NCBI RefSeq assembly: GCF_001194135.2
Contig: NC_068986.1
Span: forward strand, 58,649,313 to 58,706,287
From: Octopus bimaculoides
Lineage: Eukaryota
Direction: 5' to 3'
DNA: 56,975 nt
Positions 1-12,050 of the stretch are shown here, in pieces; position 1 is the first letter of the stretch, and each line of letters opens with the position of its first letter. The notes beneath the pieces are model-generated. The model was given only the letters and a program-made list of their open reading frames with translations, did no database searches and was not told the origin of the DNA. A program made the position numbers and the translations under genes.

Positions 1-69
1 ATGATAAATAAAATGAGACAAAAAAACCAAGGCTATGTGGAATTTATAGGACATTTATAAAGAGAAAGG

Positions 70-124
70 TAATCTTACAGCCGTTTCTTTCTGGGATGTT
101 AGGGATATCCCTTCATCAGAGATG
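70..124 (-). ncRNA. Minimal type-I hammerhead ribozyme motif (minus arm of foldback)
   Basis: Minus strand reads ATCT-CTGATGA-A-GGGAT..ATCCC-A-gaaa-GAAA-CGGCTG-TA-AGAT. Helix I is ATCT/AGAT, helix II GGGAT/ATCCC and helix III is near-palindromic. An extra GAAA duplication may disable it. Confidence 0.6.
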
Positions 125-543
125 ATATGAGAGAGTTAACTAGAGGGAAATAGTAGGGTTCAATTTAAGGAGTTATTTTAGAAAAGGATGGATATAAGAA
201 GTATAAAGGGAAATAAGAGAATAAAAATTAAAGTAAATATATATGTAGGATGTTACAGTTGCAGTTCCATTATCCAAGGAAAATGCCGTGTAGAATGGGC
301 TTCTTGATCATGGTAACAAAGTATGTAGTCCTATCGGAATCTATATACCATAGACAAGAATCATTTCTACCCATTCTACACAGCACTTTCTTTGGATAAT
401 GGAACTGCAACTGTAACCTTCTACATATATTTTTACTTTAATTTTTATTCTCTTATTTCCCTTTATACTTCCTATATCCATCCTTTTCCAAAATAACTCC
501 TTATAGTGAACTCTACTATCTCTCTAGTTAACTCTCTAATATC

Positions 544-591
544 ATCTCTGATGAAGGGATGACCTTCATATCCCAGAAACAGCTGTAAGAC
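544..591 (+). ncRNA. Minimal type-I hammerhead ribozyme motif (plus arm of foldback)
   Basis: TCT-CTGATGA(548-554)-A-GGGAT-gaccttcat-ATCCC-A-GAAA(576-579)-CAGCTG-TA-AGA. Helix III is the palindrome ACAGCTGT and predicted cleavage is after GUA (587). Confidence 0.65.
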
Positions 592-856
592 TACCTTTCT
601 CTTTATAAATGTCCTATAAATCCCACATAGCCTTGGTTTTGTTATCCCGTTTTATTTAACATATACAAGCTCACACAAGGTACGCATTAGACTCTTCACT
701 CGTATTATTATCGAACTGAGAGTCTAACTGCGGTCCTCCTCTAGCACTTACATAGCCTCACCTGCCATCTTGGGTCTTCTGGATACTAATACCTCTCATA
801 TACATATATATATGTGTGTGTCTGTGCATATATATGTGCGTGTGTGTGTGTGTGTA

Positions 857-898
<42 letters not shown>

Positions 899-941
899 TG
901 TAAGAAGGAGGGAAAGAAGGAGGGAAAGAGGGAAAGAAAGA

Positions 942-1172
942 AAGGCGGTGAGCTGGCAGAAACGTTAGCGCGCCGGGCAAAATGCCTAGCGATATTTCGT
1001 CTGTCTTTACGTTCTGAGTTCAAATTCCGCCGAGGTTGACTTTGCCTTGCATCCTTTCGGGGTCGATAAATTAAGTACCAGTTACGCACTGGAGTCGATG
1101 TAATCGACTTAATCTCTTTGTCTGTCCTTGTTTGTCCCTTCTATGTTTAGCCCCTTGTGGGCAATAAAGAAA
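942..1172 (+). mobile_element. tRNA-derived SINE (family A), full length with TSD
   Basis: A-box-like TGGCAGAAACGTT and B-box GAGTTCAAATTC. Homologous to many other copies in the window. Flanked by the 17-bp direct repeat aagaaggagggaaagag (914-930 and 1174-1190). Confidence 0.9.
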
Positions 1173-1530
1173 TAAGAAGGAGGGAAAGAGAGACAGGAAG
1201 TTACCCCAAACCAGAGACCTGGCCCCCGAGGGCTTGCAACTGAGTGGACTCCGTTAAAGGGCCCAATTTGCTATATGGCGTCAAGCCGAGTGACAGATTA
1301 AGACAACCAATGTCATACAAACCCAAGCGATGGCCATTTTTAGTCAAGAAGCTGTATGAAGCTGTGGGGTTGTTATTGTGCAAAGTAGACCTCGGCAAGA
1401 TTTAAACTCAGAAAACAGCGAGACAGGAAAAAATTACGAGAAGCATTCTCAAGGACAATCTGCTAATTTGTTGCCTTTATTCTTTTATTGTTTTACTTGT
1501 TTCAGTCGTTTTCCTGCGGTCATTCTCAAT

Positions 1531-1806
1531 AGAAGTCAAATTTGACCTGGGTGAGATTTGAACTGAGAACTTGAAGAGACGAACAATTACTGAACGATAT
1601 TTTGGCCGACACTCTAAGGATGCTATCTGTCCATTACCCTACAAATTTGCCATCGACTCCTGTAACTTGACTGATATTTACTTTATTTTATCGACTCTGA
1701 AGGAATGAAAACTAAAGTTACTTTTTGAGCGACTTCTTTTCAGAACTTAATGAATCGGAAGAAATACCATACAGCATTTTGCCGGACACTCTAACGATGT
1801 TACCAG
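1531..1806 (-). mobile_element. Two degraded SINE family A fragments
   Basis: gatttgaactgagaac...ttttggccgacactctaa (1531-1625) and a second similar segment (1678-1806) match the reverse complement of the 942-1172 SINE head. Confidence 0.6.
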
Positions 1807-2145
1807 TCCAATTGTCCATGGGAATTGATAAATGAGAATAAAAAACGTAATAATGAGAACGGTCGGCTTGATAATATTCCAGAAATAATAATTAATTTAA
1901 TTGATTTAGTAACCACTAAACGTTTTCAAAATTATTCTATTCAGGTTAGGGGTTTAGGAGGGTGCCTCTACACAGACACACTAATTACGAAGGATAACTA
2001 CCAAATCTCTCTTATTTCACAGCCTACCACACATTGGATAAAATAGTCCAGGGTACACAATACCTAAAAAAGGAACGAATGCACGCAGCTGGAATGCTTT
2101 CCCTCGTTCAGGGCTGAGCTGGGGCCAACCAGGAATAACAACAAT

Positions 2146-3369
2146 TATTGGTTTATGGAATAGTTCATGAGCATTTTCTTCAAATTTAAAATTACACGCA
2201 GAAATGTTCATTGGCAAAGTGTTTTGTTATTTAAAACATAAGTTTTTGTTCTACAAGACAGTGTGTTTTGATTTTTTTAATTTTATTGATTTTTGTGTAT
2301 TTTCAGATCATTAAAATGGATTGTCAGGTGGACAAAACTGAGCATGTTCGACGCCATTTGCTTTTTGCATTTAATCGACGTTTTCAGATCGCCGAAGCTA
2401 CTCGTGAGATTTATGCTGTGTATGGAGAAGAGGCAATGCCTCAAAGTACCGCCCACAGTTGGTTTTTGCTCTTCATAAATGGGAATTTTAACCTCAAGGA
2501 CGGGGAAAAGTGATTGAATCACCTTCTTCACGAAAGTTCACCTCAAACGACCAGAGAATTGGCGGAGCAGATGGATTGTGATCAAAAAGCTGCGGTGAAC
2601 CACCTTTACTCAATGGGCAAGGTTCAGAAACTCAGCATTTAGGTGCCACACACTGCGAGCGAAAACAACAAAAATCAACACTCCACTATCGCCGCCAGTT
2701 TGCTCGCACGACATCGCTGAACACATGGTTACAAACACCTTTTTCTTTACTGCATTGTCACTGGCGATGAAAAATGATACCTTTACGTCAATATAAAGCA
2801 GCGAAAATAATGGCTCAGCCTCGATAAACAAGCGACTCCACAAGCAAAACAAGACCTTCATCCTCGAAAGACTATGTTGTGTGTATGGTGGAACTGGGAA
2901 AGTATAATTCATTACGAACTGTTTGAGCGCAATCAAACACTCAATACGGAGATCTCTGTCCAACAACTAGCAAAAAAGACCGAATAGGCGAAATGGCGTT
3001 CTTCTGCAACACGATAATGCCAGTCCTCACATCGCCTAAATAACCAAAGCCGCAATTCAAGAACTCGAATGAGAAGTGCTGCCTTATCCTCCATACTTTC
3101 CATAGTATGGAGGATAAGGCAGCACTTCAGGTTTTCATCTCTTTCGACTGCTTTTGAACGCTTTCACGGTGTATCGTTCAATAAAGACATGGAATTGAAG
3201 GCTTGGTTGGACGAAGTCTTTGAGTCAAGTCTAGGAATTTTCTATCGCCGAGGCATGGAAAAACTTATTGATCGATGAGAGGAAGTCGTAAACAACAACG
3301 GAGAGTGTACTATTGATTAATTAGTAGTTTTTTTTTTTTAATAAATTTGAAAAAACGCTCAACCCAATA
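2146..3369 (+). mobile_element. Mariner (Tc1/mariner) DNA transposon, decayed, ~1.2 kb
   Basis: Starts tattggttt...gagcattttcttcaaattt and ends aaatttgaaaaaacgctcaacccaata (degenerate TIRs with TA termini). Encloses a transposase pseudogene. Confidence 0.85.
2316..3320 (+). pseudogene. Mariner transposase pseudogene
   Basis: Reads MDCQVDKTEHVRRHLLFAFNR (HTH N-terminus), *VPH (WVPHxL motif), IVTGDEK* (first D), LHPRKTMLCVWWNWE, LLQHDNASPH (second D), VLPYPPY. Multiple stops and frameshifts. The SPDLAPxD segment is missing. Confidence 0.9.
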
Positions 3370-5649
3370 GAACGACAATACCAATTAATGGATGATCAGA
3401 AAATCATCGAGGCCAATTGCTTGCACCAAATACTTATTTTATCTATATGTTTTATAAATTTTCATTCCAGCATATCGGTTTTAAGCTCTATGAAAAGAAA
3501 TTTACTTTATGTAATACCTAGTAAATGAAAGTAAATTAATGTTATTCTATTTTGAAACAGTTGTTTTAAGTGTAATTAGGGTTACAACCACGAAAGAAGC
3601 TCAACGAAAATTAACTGTCGCTCCATAGGGCTAGACATAAAGAAAAAAATAACATAACTTGCTCAAATAATTGTGAAGGATTTGTTTATTTTTGATTAGG
3701 AAAATATACGTCATATGTTACCAAAAACAAACATATTTCGTAACATTTTTGAAGTATATTAAAACTCACATGAAATGAATTTGCTGCAACCTCAATTATA
3801 GCGCGTTGCGTTTTTGATTTAGAAGCATTATGTTTTATTCTACGCCAACTGATAATACTAGAAAACAAGCCGATCTGATGAGGGAGACGCTATGTGTTTA
3901 CTCGACTAGCTTGAAAAAGCAACCAAATTTCCCTAAAAAATTTTCCCTACAACTTAAAATAAACAAGGAAAATGAAATAGATAATTTAGTCGATATCCTT
4001 AAAACGATAGGATGGTCACGGTTAGAATTCCTTTGATCATGGCAAACTGTGCTACAGTATGCTACAGGTGTAAAACTTCAAAATGTATCTGATGAGGTTA
4101 AGTGTGATGGTTTTAAATTATCCTTTTAAATTTCACGGGCCTTTTTTTGTGATTTTTTTTCGTTACTTAGCTACAACTTTGTCAAACTGACTGCATTCAA
4201 GGTCTGTGGAGCACATCTGAGCAAAAAATCCACAATTATCAAGCCTATGAAAGAGAAACATCAGCCCAAGCTCTCTCTCTCTAATCACACCCTTACAACC
4301 TACAAAACGAGGAAGGATAGTTTGTATAAAGCAGTTCTGGATTTATAGAAAAGAAAACGAGGTGGCCCAGGAGGGAATGTTCTTGGTCATAAGTCTGGTC
4401 AATCAGTGTTAAACAACAACAATAACTCATTACCAGGACTGTAATGCTTTTTGACAGTAAACTACTTAAGGCCCATAACTCTTGAACTGGAGCAGAAAAC
4501 GAAACTAAGACAATCAATTTTGATCACGATTAGACGAATCTTCACTAAATACTCATAAGTATATATATANNNNNNNNNNNNNNNNNNNNNNNNNNNNNNN
4601 NNNNNNNNNNNNNNNNNNNNNNNNNNNNNNNNNNNNNNNNNNNNNNNNNNNNNNNNNNNNNNNNNNNNNNNNNNNNNNNNNNNNNNNNNNNNNNNNNNNN
4701 NNNNNNNNNNNNNNNNNNNNNNNNNNNNNNNNNNNNNNNNNNNNNNNNNNNNNNNNNNNNNNNNNNNNNNNNNNNNNNNNNNNNNNNNNNNNNNNNNNNN
4801 NNNNNNNNNNNNNNNNNNNNNNNNNNNNNNNNNNNNNNNNNNNNNNNNNNNNNNNNNNNNATATATATACATAATATAGGTAAGTATGTATGTGTGTTGG
4901 TATGTGTACGCTTGCGTGTGTGTAGTTAAATTAGTAATTCCATAGGTTAATATTAGTGACAGCCTGTCAACTCTTAATCAATGCTTGGTCTTCATAAATA
5001 CCAGTATGGCTTTTCAAACATTAAGATTAATGGTTTACGTTCCGAAATATTGAACTTTGAAGCAATTTTTCATGCACCATCTCTCAATAATATTAACAGC
5101 TGAAACACTCAAGTAGAATTAGTGTTGCCGCCTACGGCATCACTAGAAAATTTTGGCACATTCAAAGTTAGCTAAATTTCCTGCATATGAGAAACGCTGC
5201 CAAATGTTGCCATCCAAAATTCTACATCAGTTAACATAAATTCTTATTCATTCGAGAAACTTAAGACAATTAATTTTCAAATTATTTAAGCTTTCTGAAC
5301 TATCACTTTTCTGTACATCTCCCCACCTTCCGTCCCCACTTTCGTGACTCCATAACAAGTAGAGTTCTGTAGAACATGCAGTGGTGTAGTCCCACGGGTA
5401 AGTTTGAATAGACTTCTTGAGCACTAGTTCGATTGCACTTATTGTTTATTGCTCTGCTGTTTTAAATTTGCATTTCAGAAAAAAATTATAATCTGCGTGT
5501 CTCTTGTTTATTTCGACTGTTTAAATAACTAGCACAAAAATGCATGCAGCTTAGCAAGAGATTATCAGATTATTGAGTAAAATTCATACCTAATGATCAT
5601 TCATGTTCAAGATATTTAACTCTCAGTGACACAAACTTGTACTTTCTTT

Positions 5650-5820
5650 ACTAGAAATGGCAGTAAAATTTCCTCAAATTATACTTTATCGTCTTAAAAA
5701 CGGAAGATTACATTGAATAATGAAGTACTGGATGCACTAAACGTGAACAATAAGAGGATGGCCCCGGTTGGGACGCTTTTAATTATTGGTCTGCTCGAAC
5801 TGAGTCGGCCTGGAAGATAA
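5650..5820 (+). mobile_element. Unclassified dispersed repeat (family D, core ctagaaatagcagYcaaatct...)
   Basis: The same diverged core recurs at ~1985-2125, ~3895-4030, ~4260-4420, ~6535-6590, ~45965-46120 and ~48505-48590 (plus), and at ~10350-10395 and ~22560-22660 (minus). Confidence 0.5.
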
Positions 5821-6642
5821 GCATCATCAGCAATAATAATTGTCAATGACTGCTTTTCTTTCATTAAATAAGTTATATTTTATTGAAGGTATATCTGTTG
5901 CATGTAAACATCATGTAGTGTCCATAATCATTGACAGAGCCTCTGATACCGGTGGCAGAGAAGAATGGAGAATATATCATCCTTAAACAGGAGTCCTGAT
6001 TCTAATGCTTCTATACACGCCAAAGGCACCTACGCACCGAGTGGCAGTGTCAAACAGGTAGCAGTTTAAATATACCACCCAAATAGGCAAGGGTGGGATT
6101 TGAGCGCAAATAGTAGGAATACAGCGCAAAGCAGCCTGTCCAACTCTCTAACGATTCCGCCATTTCACAATCTTAGGCTGGTATTCTATTTATCAACTTT
6201 AGAAGAAAGAAAAGCAATTTGAACTCAGAACCGAAAAAGCAAGGCACTTTCTCTATTGCTCTAATGACTTTACCAGAAAGAATAAGAGAAGGATATTCCA
6301 ATAATGTGCAGTGTTGAGCTCAAATTTGCATTCGAAATAAACCTGGCAACGTGTCAATCTTCACGAATCTGGATGGTTGGATGACTGGATGGATGGATGG
6401 ACATTTCTCTTCTATGAATGATCCAACAAATAATCCACATCTATTCAGCCATACTCCACAGATCAGATGATACGGTGAATTAAGCATCAACGATAACAAC
6501 AACACTCTCTGTTAAGTGATTCCTCCGTGATCCATTGTCGAGTTGCTAGAAATAGCTACCAAATCTCTGTAAAATCGCACTCTGCAAGTATTGGGATCGA
6601 TGATATCTATTTACTCCCTCCCTTTTTATTCACCCTTGTATG

Positions 6643-6663
6643 TACAGGGTGTCCCAAAAGTCA
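6643..6663 (+). mobile_element. Orphan TIR of the DD41D element family
   Basis: tacagggtgtcccaaaagtca matches the element's left end (6960, tacagggtgacctgaaagtca) and the reverse complement of its right end (tgacttttaggacactcta). Confidence 0.6.
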
Positions 6664-6701
6664 GGTCTAATGGGTGCCACATGTCAGATGTCGAAATGAT
6701 C

Positions 6702-6748
6702 GCAGAGCAACGTGAAATGAAGTGCTTTGCTCAAGAACACGACGCAAT
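6702..6748 (-). mobile_element. SINE family C fragment
   Basis: gagcaacgtgaaatgaagtgctttgctcaagaacacgacgc is the reverse complement of the ccttgagcaagacattttgtttcacgttg region at ~36085-36115. Confidence 0.6.
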
Positions 6749-6959
6749 GCACGGTATGTGTATGTGTATGTGTGTGTATGCGTGTGTGTGTTGTGTGTGC
6801 GTGTGTGTGTGTGTGCTTTAGCATACACACACGCACACACAAACACACACACACACGCACACACACACACGCTCACGCACACGCACACACACACACACGC
6901 ACACACACACACACACACACACACGCATATATATATATATATATATGTATGTATATATA

Positions 6960-7722
6960 TACAGGGTGACCTGAAAGTCACTGATGGGTTTCAATTCTTA
7001 ATAACTTCCTTAACTTTACAAATAAATGCATGAAATGTTGATACAATATAAAGGACATAATGGAAATTAATATGCAGAAGTCAAATTTTGCAACACCACT
7101 ACATCGCATGTGAAAAATGACATCACTTAAATGTTGTTGACGTAAACCCTCTCTTTCAGGTATCCCCACAAGAAAAATTCCGGGTTAGTCAAGTCTGGGG
7201 AATCTGAAGACCAGTTGACATTACCGTAACGAGCGATTACTCTCTCTCTCCAAAGCACTGCCGTATCAACTGCATTGTTTCTCTTGCGGTATGATCATTT
7301 GCCCCATCTTGCTGAAACCATGTGTAAGGTCTACTTTCAACGGACTTCACATTCCTCAGAGTTGACTAGCTCGGATTTTTCTTGTGGGAATACCAGAAAG
7401 AGAGGGTTTACGTCAACAAACTGGAGACCCTGGTGCAACTGAAGGAGAACATCAATAGAGAAATCAGAGAAGTGGGGTCTGAAATCCTTGAGGGTGTTAT
7501 AGTGCATGTTTTGGAAAAAGCACAGGCGTGCGAAGCCGAAAATGGCCGCCATTTAAGCTATGTCAATTTTACATATGTGATGTTGTGGTGTTTCAAAATT
7601 TGACTTGTGCATATTAATTTTCGTTATGCCCTTTATATTGTATCAAAATTTCATGCATCTATTTGTAAGGTTAAGGAAGCTATTAAAAATTGAACCCCAC
7701 CATTGACTTTTAGGACACTCTA
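6960..7722. mobile_element. Non-autonomous foldback built from two 3' ends of a DD41D (rosa/Visitor-type) Tc1/mariner transposon
   Basis: Minus arm encodes WFQQDGANDHTARETMQLIRQCFGER(fs)VIARYGNVNWSSDSPDLTNPEFFLWGYLKERVY, with 41 residues between the second catalytic D and the third acidic position. Plus arm encodes ELTSSDF(fs)LWEYQKERVYVNKLETLVQLKENI...AENGRHL. TIRs with TA at both ends. Confidence 0.85.
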
Positions 7723-7729
7723 TAATATT

Positions 7730-7895
7730 GATTTCAAATTTTGTCACAATGCCAGTAATATCGGGTTGGAGATAAGTCGATTACATCGATCCAGTGTTCA
7801 ACTAGTACTTATTTAAGGCGAAGTGAAAGGGAATGTTAAGACTGGACGAAATGCCGCTAAATATTTTGCCAGGCATACAAACGACTCTGCCAGTA
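7730..7895 (-). mobile_element. SINE family A, internally deleted
   Basis: aagtcgattacatcgatccagtgttcaactagtacttatt ... gaaatgccgctaaatattttgccaggcatacaaacgactctgccag matches family A in reverse. Confidence 0.75.
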
Positions 7896-8330
7896 AGCTA
7901 CCTTACTCCTGTGTGGAATATTATTGTTATATCTGTGCTGGTGTTTCAGTTGATATTTCCTTTGTTTTTCTGTATTTAAGCAACTCCAAAAGCGAGTTTC
8001 TAACATTACTAGTCCTGTTTTGGCCGCTAAACTTTAATCTCTTTCTTATCATCAGGACTGCTTCTTTAACAATCTTCTATAAATACTTCCATGATCCAAC
8101 CAACCCATCTTACTATTAATTCTCATTCTATTTCCGTCGGCGTTCCTTCCTGTAAGAAATGTTTCCAGTAGTTTCTTTCTTCGAACATCCATTTTATGCA
8201 ACTCCCGTTTTCGTCTTCATTTATCACTGGAAAAATTATTATCGGTTAAGCAGGTATCAACGGAAAATTGTTTGTTGATTTCTATTAAAAGCAGTCGTGA
8301 CTCTTGTTCAGTTTCATTAATCTGAGGGTA

Positions 8331-8378
8331 ACTTTAACTGAAGAGACACAACGAGGTCAAAACACCGCAGTATTCAAA
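8331..8378 (+). ncRNA. Degenerate hammerhead-like motif
   Basis: CTGAAGA(8338-8344)-GAC-acaacgag-GTC-AAAA-caccgcag-TA. The core GAAA is mutated to AAAA, consistent with CpG decay of gtcgaaa. Confidence 0.35.
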
Positions 8379-8460
8379 ATCCCCTCACATCATTTTTTCT
8401 TTTACTTTTCTTTTGTAACACACAATAAACTAAGGTGGCCATGTGAATCCTGTTTATCGA

Positions 8461-8575
8461 CCAAAGCACTGCCGTAGCAACTGCATTGTTTCTTTTGCGG
8501 TATGAGCATTTGCCCCATTTTGCTGAAACCAAGTGTGAAGTCTACTTTCAATGGACTTCACATTCCTCAGAGTTG
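8461..8575. repeat. Second copy of the central junction of the DD41D foldback
   Basis: Nearly identical to 7250-7364, including the strand-switch point (ctactttcaa[c/t]ggacttcacattcctcagagttg). Confidence 0.85.
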
Positions 8576-9661
8576 TTAGGCGTAACTTCCATCATCCTCA
8601 AATCACACTCTAAACTTTTTAAACAGAAAGAATATAATGAACAATGTATTCTTAGATAAACCATATACAAAAAGACTGGATAGTCAACACTAGATTGTCT
8701 TTGATCAGTCATAAGGCTAACCAATAAATGTAACACTTTTAAAATTATCTCATGAGCTGATTATTATAGAAATGAAAGTGTTAATCGAGAGTTCAAAGAC
8801 AAGCCAATCGCATATACAAAGAACTTTCTCTTTTATTCTCATTTCGAGTTAATCTAACTCTCAAACCCTTTTATTTATTTTACTGTCTATTTGGTAAAAT
8901 CTACCATTGCTTCTTCAGAAAACGGTTTTAGGTTTTGCGGTTTCGTTAATGAACTGGCTTGAGAGGAAGTAGTAATGAGCAAGATAAACTAGCTGTATTA
9001 ATGAGACTATCGGAATAGGTGAGGTAAGAAGACCTATATTGGCTGTTATTATATTATAACGAGCCAAGAGAATGTAGGCCGACGCAACGAGATGGTTAGA
9101 TTAGTTGTAAAATAAATTAGTCAACAAAGTAACCCTAACGAACTGGTCAGACTGGTCATTACGATGAGTTGGTTAATTGGGCTGTTGAAACGGACTAGTC
9201 ATACAGGACGTTGTGTTCAAGTGATCACAGATCCTATCTTGTTTTTTGCCTTACCATCTTCCAAATCTAACGACACACGTAATAATTTATAAATCTTATC
9301 TTATATTTTTCACACGCGCACTCACACATACACACACACACACATGCACGCAAGCACACACACACAAGTATATATATATATATATATACACACACAAACA
9401 CACACACACACACACACACACACGCNNNNNNNNNNNNNNNNNNNNNNNNNNNNNNNNNNNNNNNNNNNNNNNNNNNNNNNNNNNNNNNNNNNNNNNNNNN
9501 NNNNNNNNNNNNNNNNNNNNNNNNNNNNNNNNNNNNNNNNNNNNNNNNNNNNNNNNNNNNNNNNNNNNNNNNNNNNNNNNNNNNNNNNNNNNNNNNNNNN
9601 NNNNNNNNNNNNNNNNNNNNNNNNNNNNNNNNNNNNNNNNNNNNNNNNNNNNNNNNNNNNN

Positions 9662-9700
<39 letters not shown>

Positions 9701-9886
9701 TATGCATACATATAGATATAGATATATGCATGGTATACTGTCCTGTAAGATCAACAAAAAAAGTACTCCATCTGGTGAGGGATAACTATTGTTTAATAAG
9801 CACAATATATATTTTATAAGCTATTGTATGTATACACACACACATATACATACATACATACATACATACATACATACATACATACA

Positions 9887-9918
<32 letters not shown>

Positions 9919-10550
9919 CACAGACATACACGCACAAATATTCACAAAGCAAGCTCACTCACACACACACATTCACACATACAAGCATATAATTCATATT
10001 AATTCTACCCTGGATCTGTCCTAAATTCTTTTCGTTCTAACAACTGCTGTTTGGCTTTCCTTTTCCTTTCTTTAGAGATGAGTGAAAGTTTAATTTAGAA
10101 TTTGAATTATTTTTCTTAGATGCTTTTCGCTTTCGTTATGCAAATTACGCTTGACTAAAATATACCCAACTCTTTTTGTGCAGATTAACTTGTCCAGATC
10201 TGATCGTACACCTGTTAGGACAGGTGATCAAATGCGTTCTGACGGTGAACATCCCATCTGCCGTTTTGAAATCATATATGTATGTATGTATGTATGCTAG
10301 CATATATGCATGTATGAATGCATGCATGTATGTATGTATGTAGAAGGGAGTAGGATTTGATTTGAGGGGCATCTGGTTGCTGTTCTGAGCAGATCGAGCG
10401 ACTGTGTGGAGGTGCTAGTTCGACTGTTTTCAGTGCAATTATCTGCGAAATATTCACCACTTAAACAATATTCCAACGAACCCAGAGATACAGAAATAAA
10501 TTAAATAACTGAAACCCGAAGCGAAATGCTTTCATAACTTACATGCTTTT

Positions 10551-10612
<62 letters not shown>

Positions 10613-10974
10613 ACACACACACACACACACCACACATACACAGAGAGAGAGAGAGATACACACACACACACACACACGTATGTATGCATGGATGGATGGA
10701 TGTATATTTTTGTATGCGTGCATGTGTGTGTGCGAGCATGCACGTATTCTTTTGAACATTTACTTGTGGTTTTCTTTCATCCGACTGCGGCTACGCTGAG
10801 ACATATCTTTGAAAGATTTTAATCGATCATATCGATCTTGCTCCCAGTACTTGTTCTTAAGTCTAACACTTAACTCATCAATATCTGTTTGTTGACCTGC
10901 TGACTAATGAAATATAAGATGCATACAAGTACACACACGCAAACACATGTATGTGTAATTGTTTATATATCTCT

Positions 10975-11410
10975 TAGCTTTAAGATCCTCCAGTGTTGTC
11001 AGTACAACGAGCAACAAACCTTCTTCAGACATCCTTTTGCTTCCTTCCTCCCGACTCCTTTAGGATCAGCTCCCAGCACCATCATGTCGTCCCTGAACGT
11101 ACAGCTCCACATCTTTTTTAGTCTTCCACTCAGCCTCTTTTCTCCTCCCAGCGTCCACTCCATCAAGATGGTAGAATTTCCCTCCTGCGGTAATCCAAGC
11201 ACATGGCCAGTAAACCGTATCCACCACTGAGTCACCATGTGCTGGAAACTTCCAATGCCTGCTCTTCTCTTCACTTCTTTGTTTTTTACCCCTGTGCCGG
11301 TAAGAGATGCTCAGGTTCGAACGTAGGCAGTATCGATGGAACACTACCAGCAATTAAGAGATCTTCGCTGTCTACTTCCAGGTTTTACAGGCGTATGTGG
11401 CTGTTGGTAT
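10975..11410 (-). mobile_element. RTE-clade LINE 3' fragment
   Basis: Minus frames give LVVFHRYCLRSNLSISYRHR and WWIRFTGHVLGLP...MEWTLGGEKRLSGRLKKMW, matching the RTE C-terminal motifs FHRRCLRRIL.I.W.D and LRW.GHVLR...W...GKR..GRP...W. Confidence 0.75.
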
Positions 11411-11568
11411 AACAACAGCTGAGTATAGCTGCAGCTTTATCTGATGGTTTTCGTTCCCCACACAGAACGAAGGTGTTAAAATACTGACATTACTTTACCT
11501 ATCCTAATTTTGACTTCAACTTCTGCATTTCCCTCGTTGGAAATATAGCTTCCGACAGACAGACAGAC

Positions 11569-11646
<78 letters not shown>

Positions 11647-11812
11647 CATGGATAGAGAGAGAGAGAAATTACATGGATAGAGAGAGAGAGAGAGATTACA
11701 TGGATAGAGAGAGAGAGAGATTACATGGATAGAGAGAGAGACGGAGAGACGACAGACAGACAGACAGACAGACAGACACAGGCAGACAGACATACAGAGA
11801 CAGAGAGAGATG

Positions 11813-11980
11813 AGAGCAGGTGACGCTGCGTGGCAAGAAGTTTGCTTGCCAACAACATGGATTCGGGTTCAGTCTTATTGCGTGGCACCGTCGGCAGGTG
11901 TCTTGTACTACAGCATCGGACCTACGAAAACATTGTAAGTGGGTTTGGGTAGACGAAAACTGACAAGATCCCGTTGCATT
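11813..11980 (+). mobile_element. tRNA-derived SINE family B, 5' half
   Basis: Head tggcaagaagtttgcttgccaac...gggttcagtc, then core gtgggtttgggtagacgaaaactgacaagatcccgttg followed by microsatellite. Homologous to 55000-55150 (minus). Confidence 0.75.
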
Positions 11981-12006
11981 TGTATGCATGTGTGTGTGTA
12001 TGAATA

Positions 12007-12050
<44 letters not shown>

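Larger units (their letters stand above)
1..662. repeat. Long imperfect inverted repeat (foldback, ~300-bp arms), probably derived from a PLE pseudo-LTR
   Basis: 26-82 (aaccaaggctatgtggaatttataggacatttataaagagaaagg...) is the reverse complement of 581-637. Pairing continues inward to tgtagaatggg (289-299)/cccattctaca (370-380) and outward to position 1 with ~662, so the left arm may begin before the window. Confidence 0.9.

Noticed and set aside
3874-4094. CTGATGA hits at 3874 and 4088 (also 16613, ~28936, ~29734, ~33988, ~38945) as hammerheads
   Set aside because: There is no correctly placed helix II plus GAAA and no helix I or III partner.
11643-11735. CRISPR-like repeat-spacer array
   Set aside because: The spacers are GA dinucleotide runs, the context is eukaryotic and there are no cas genes.
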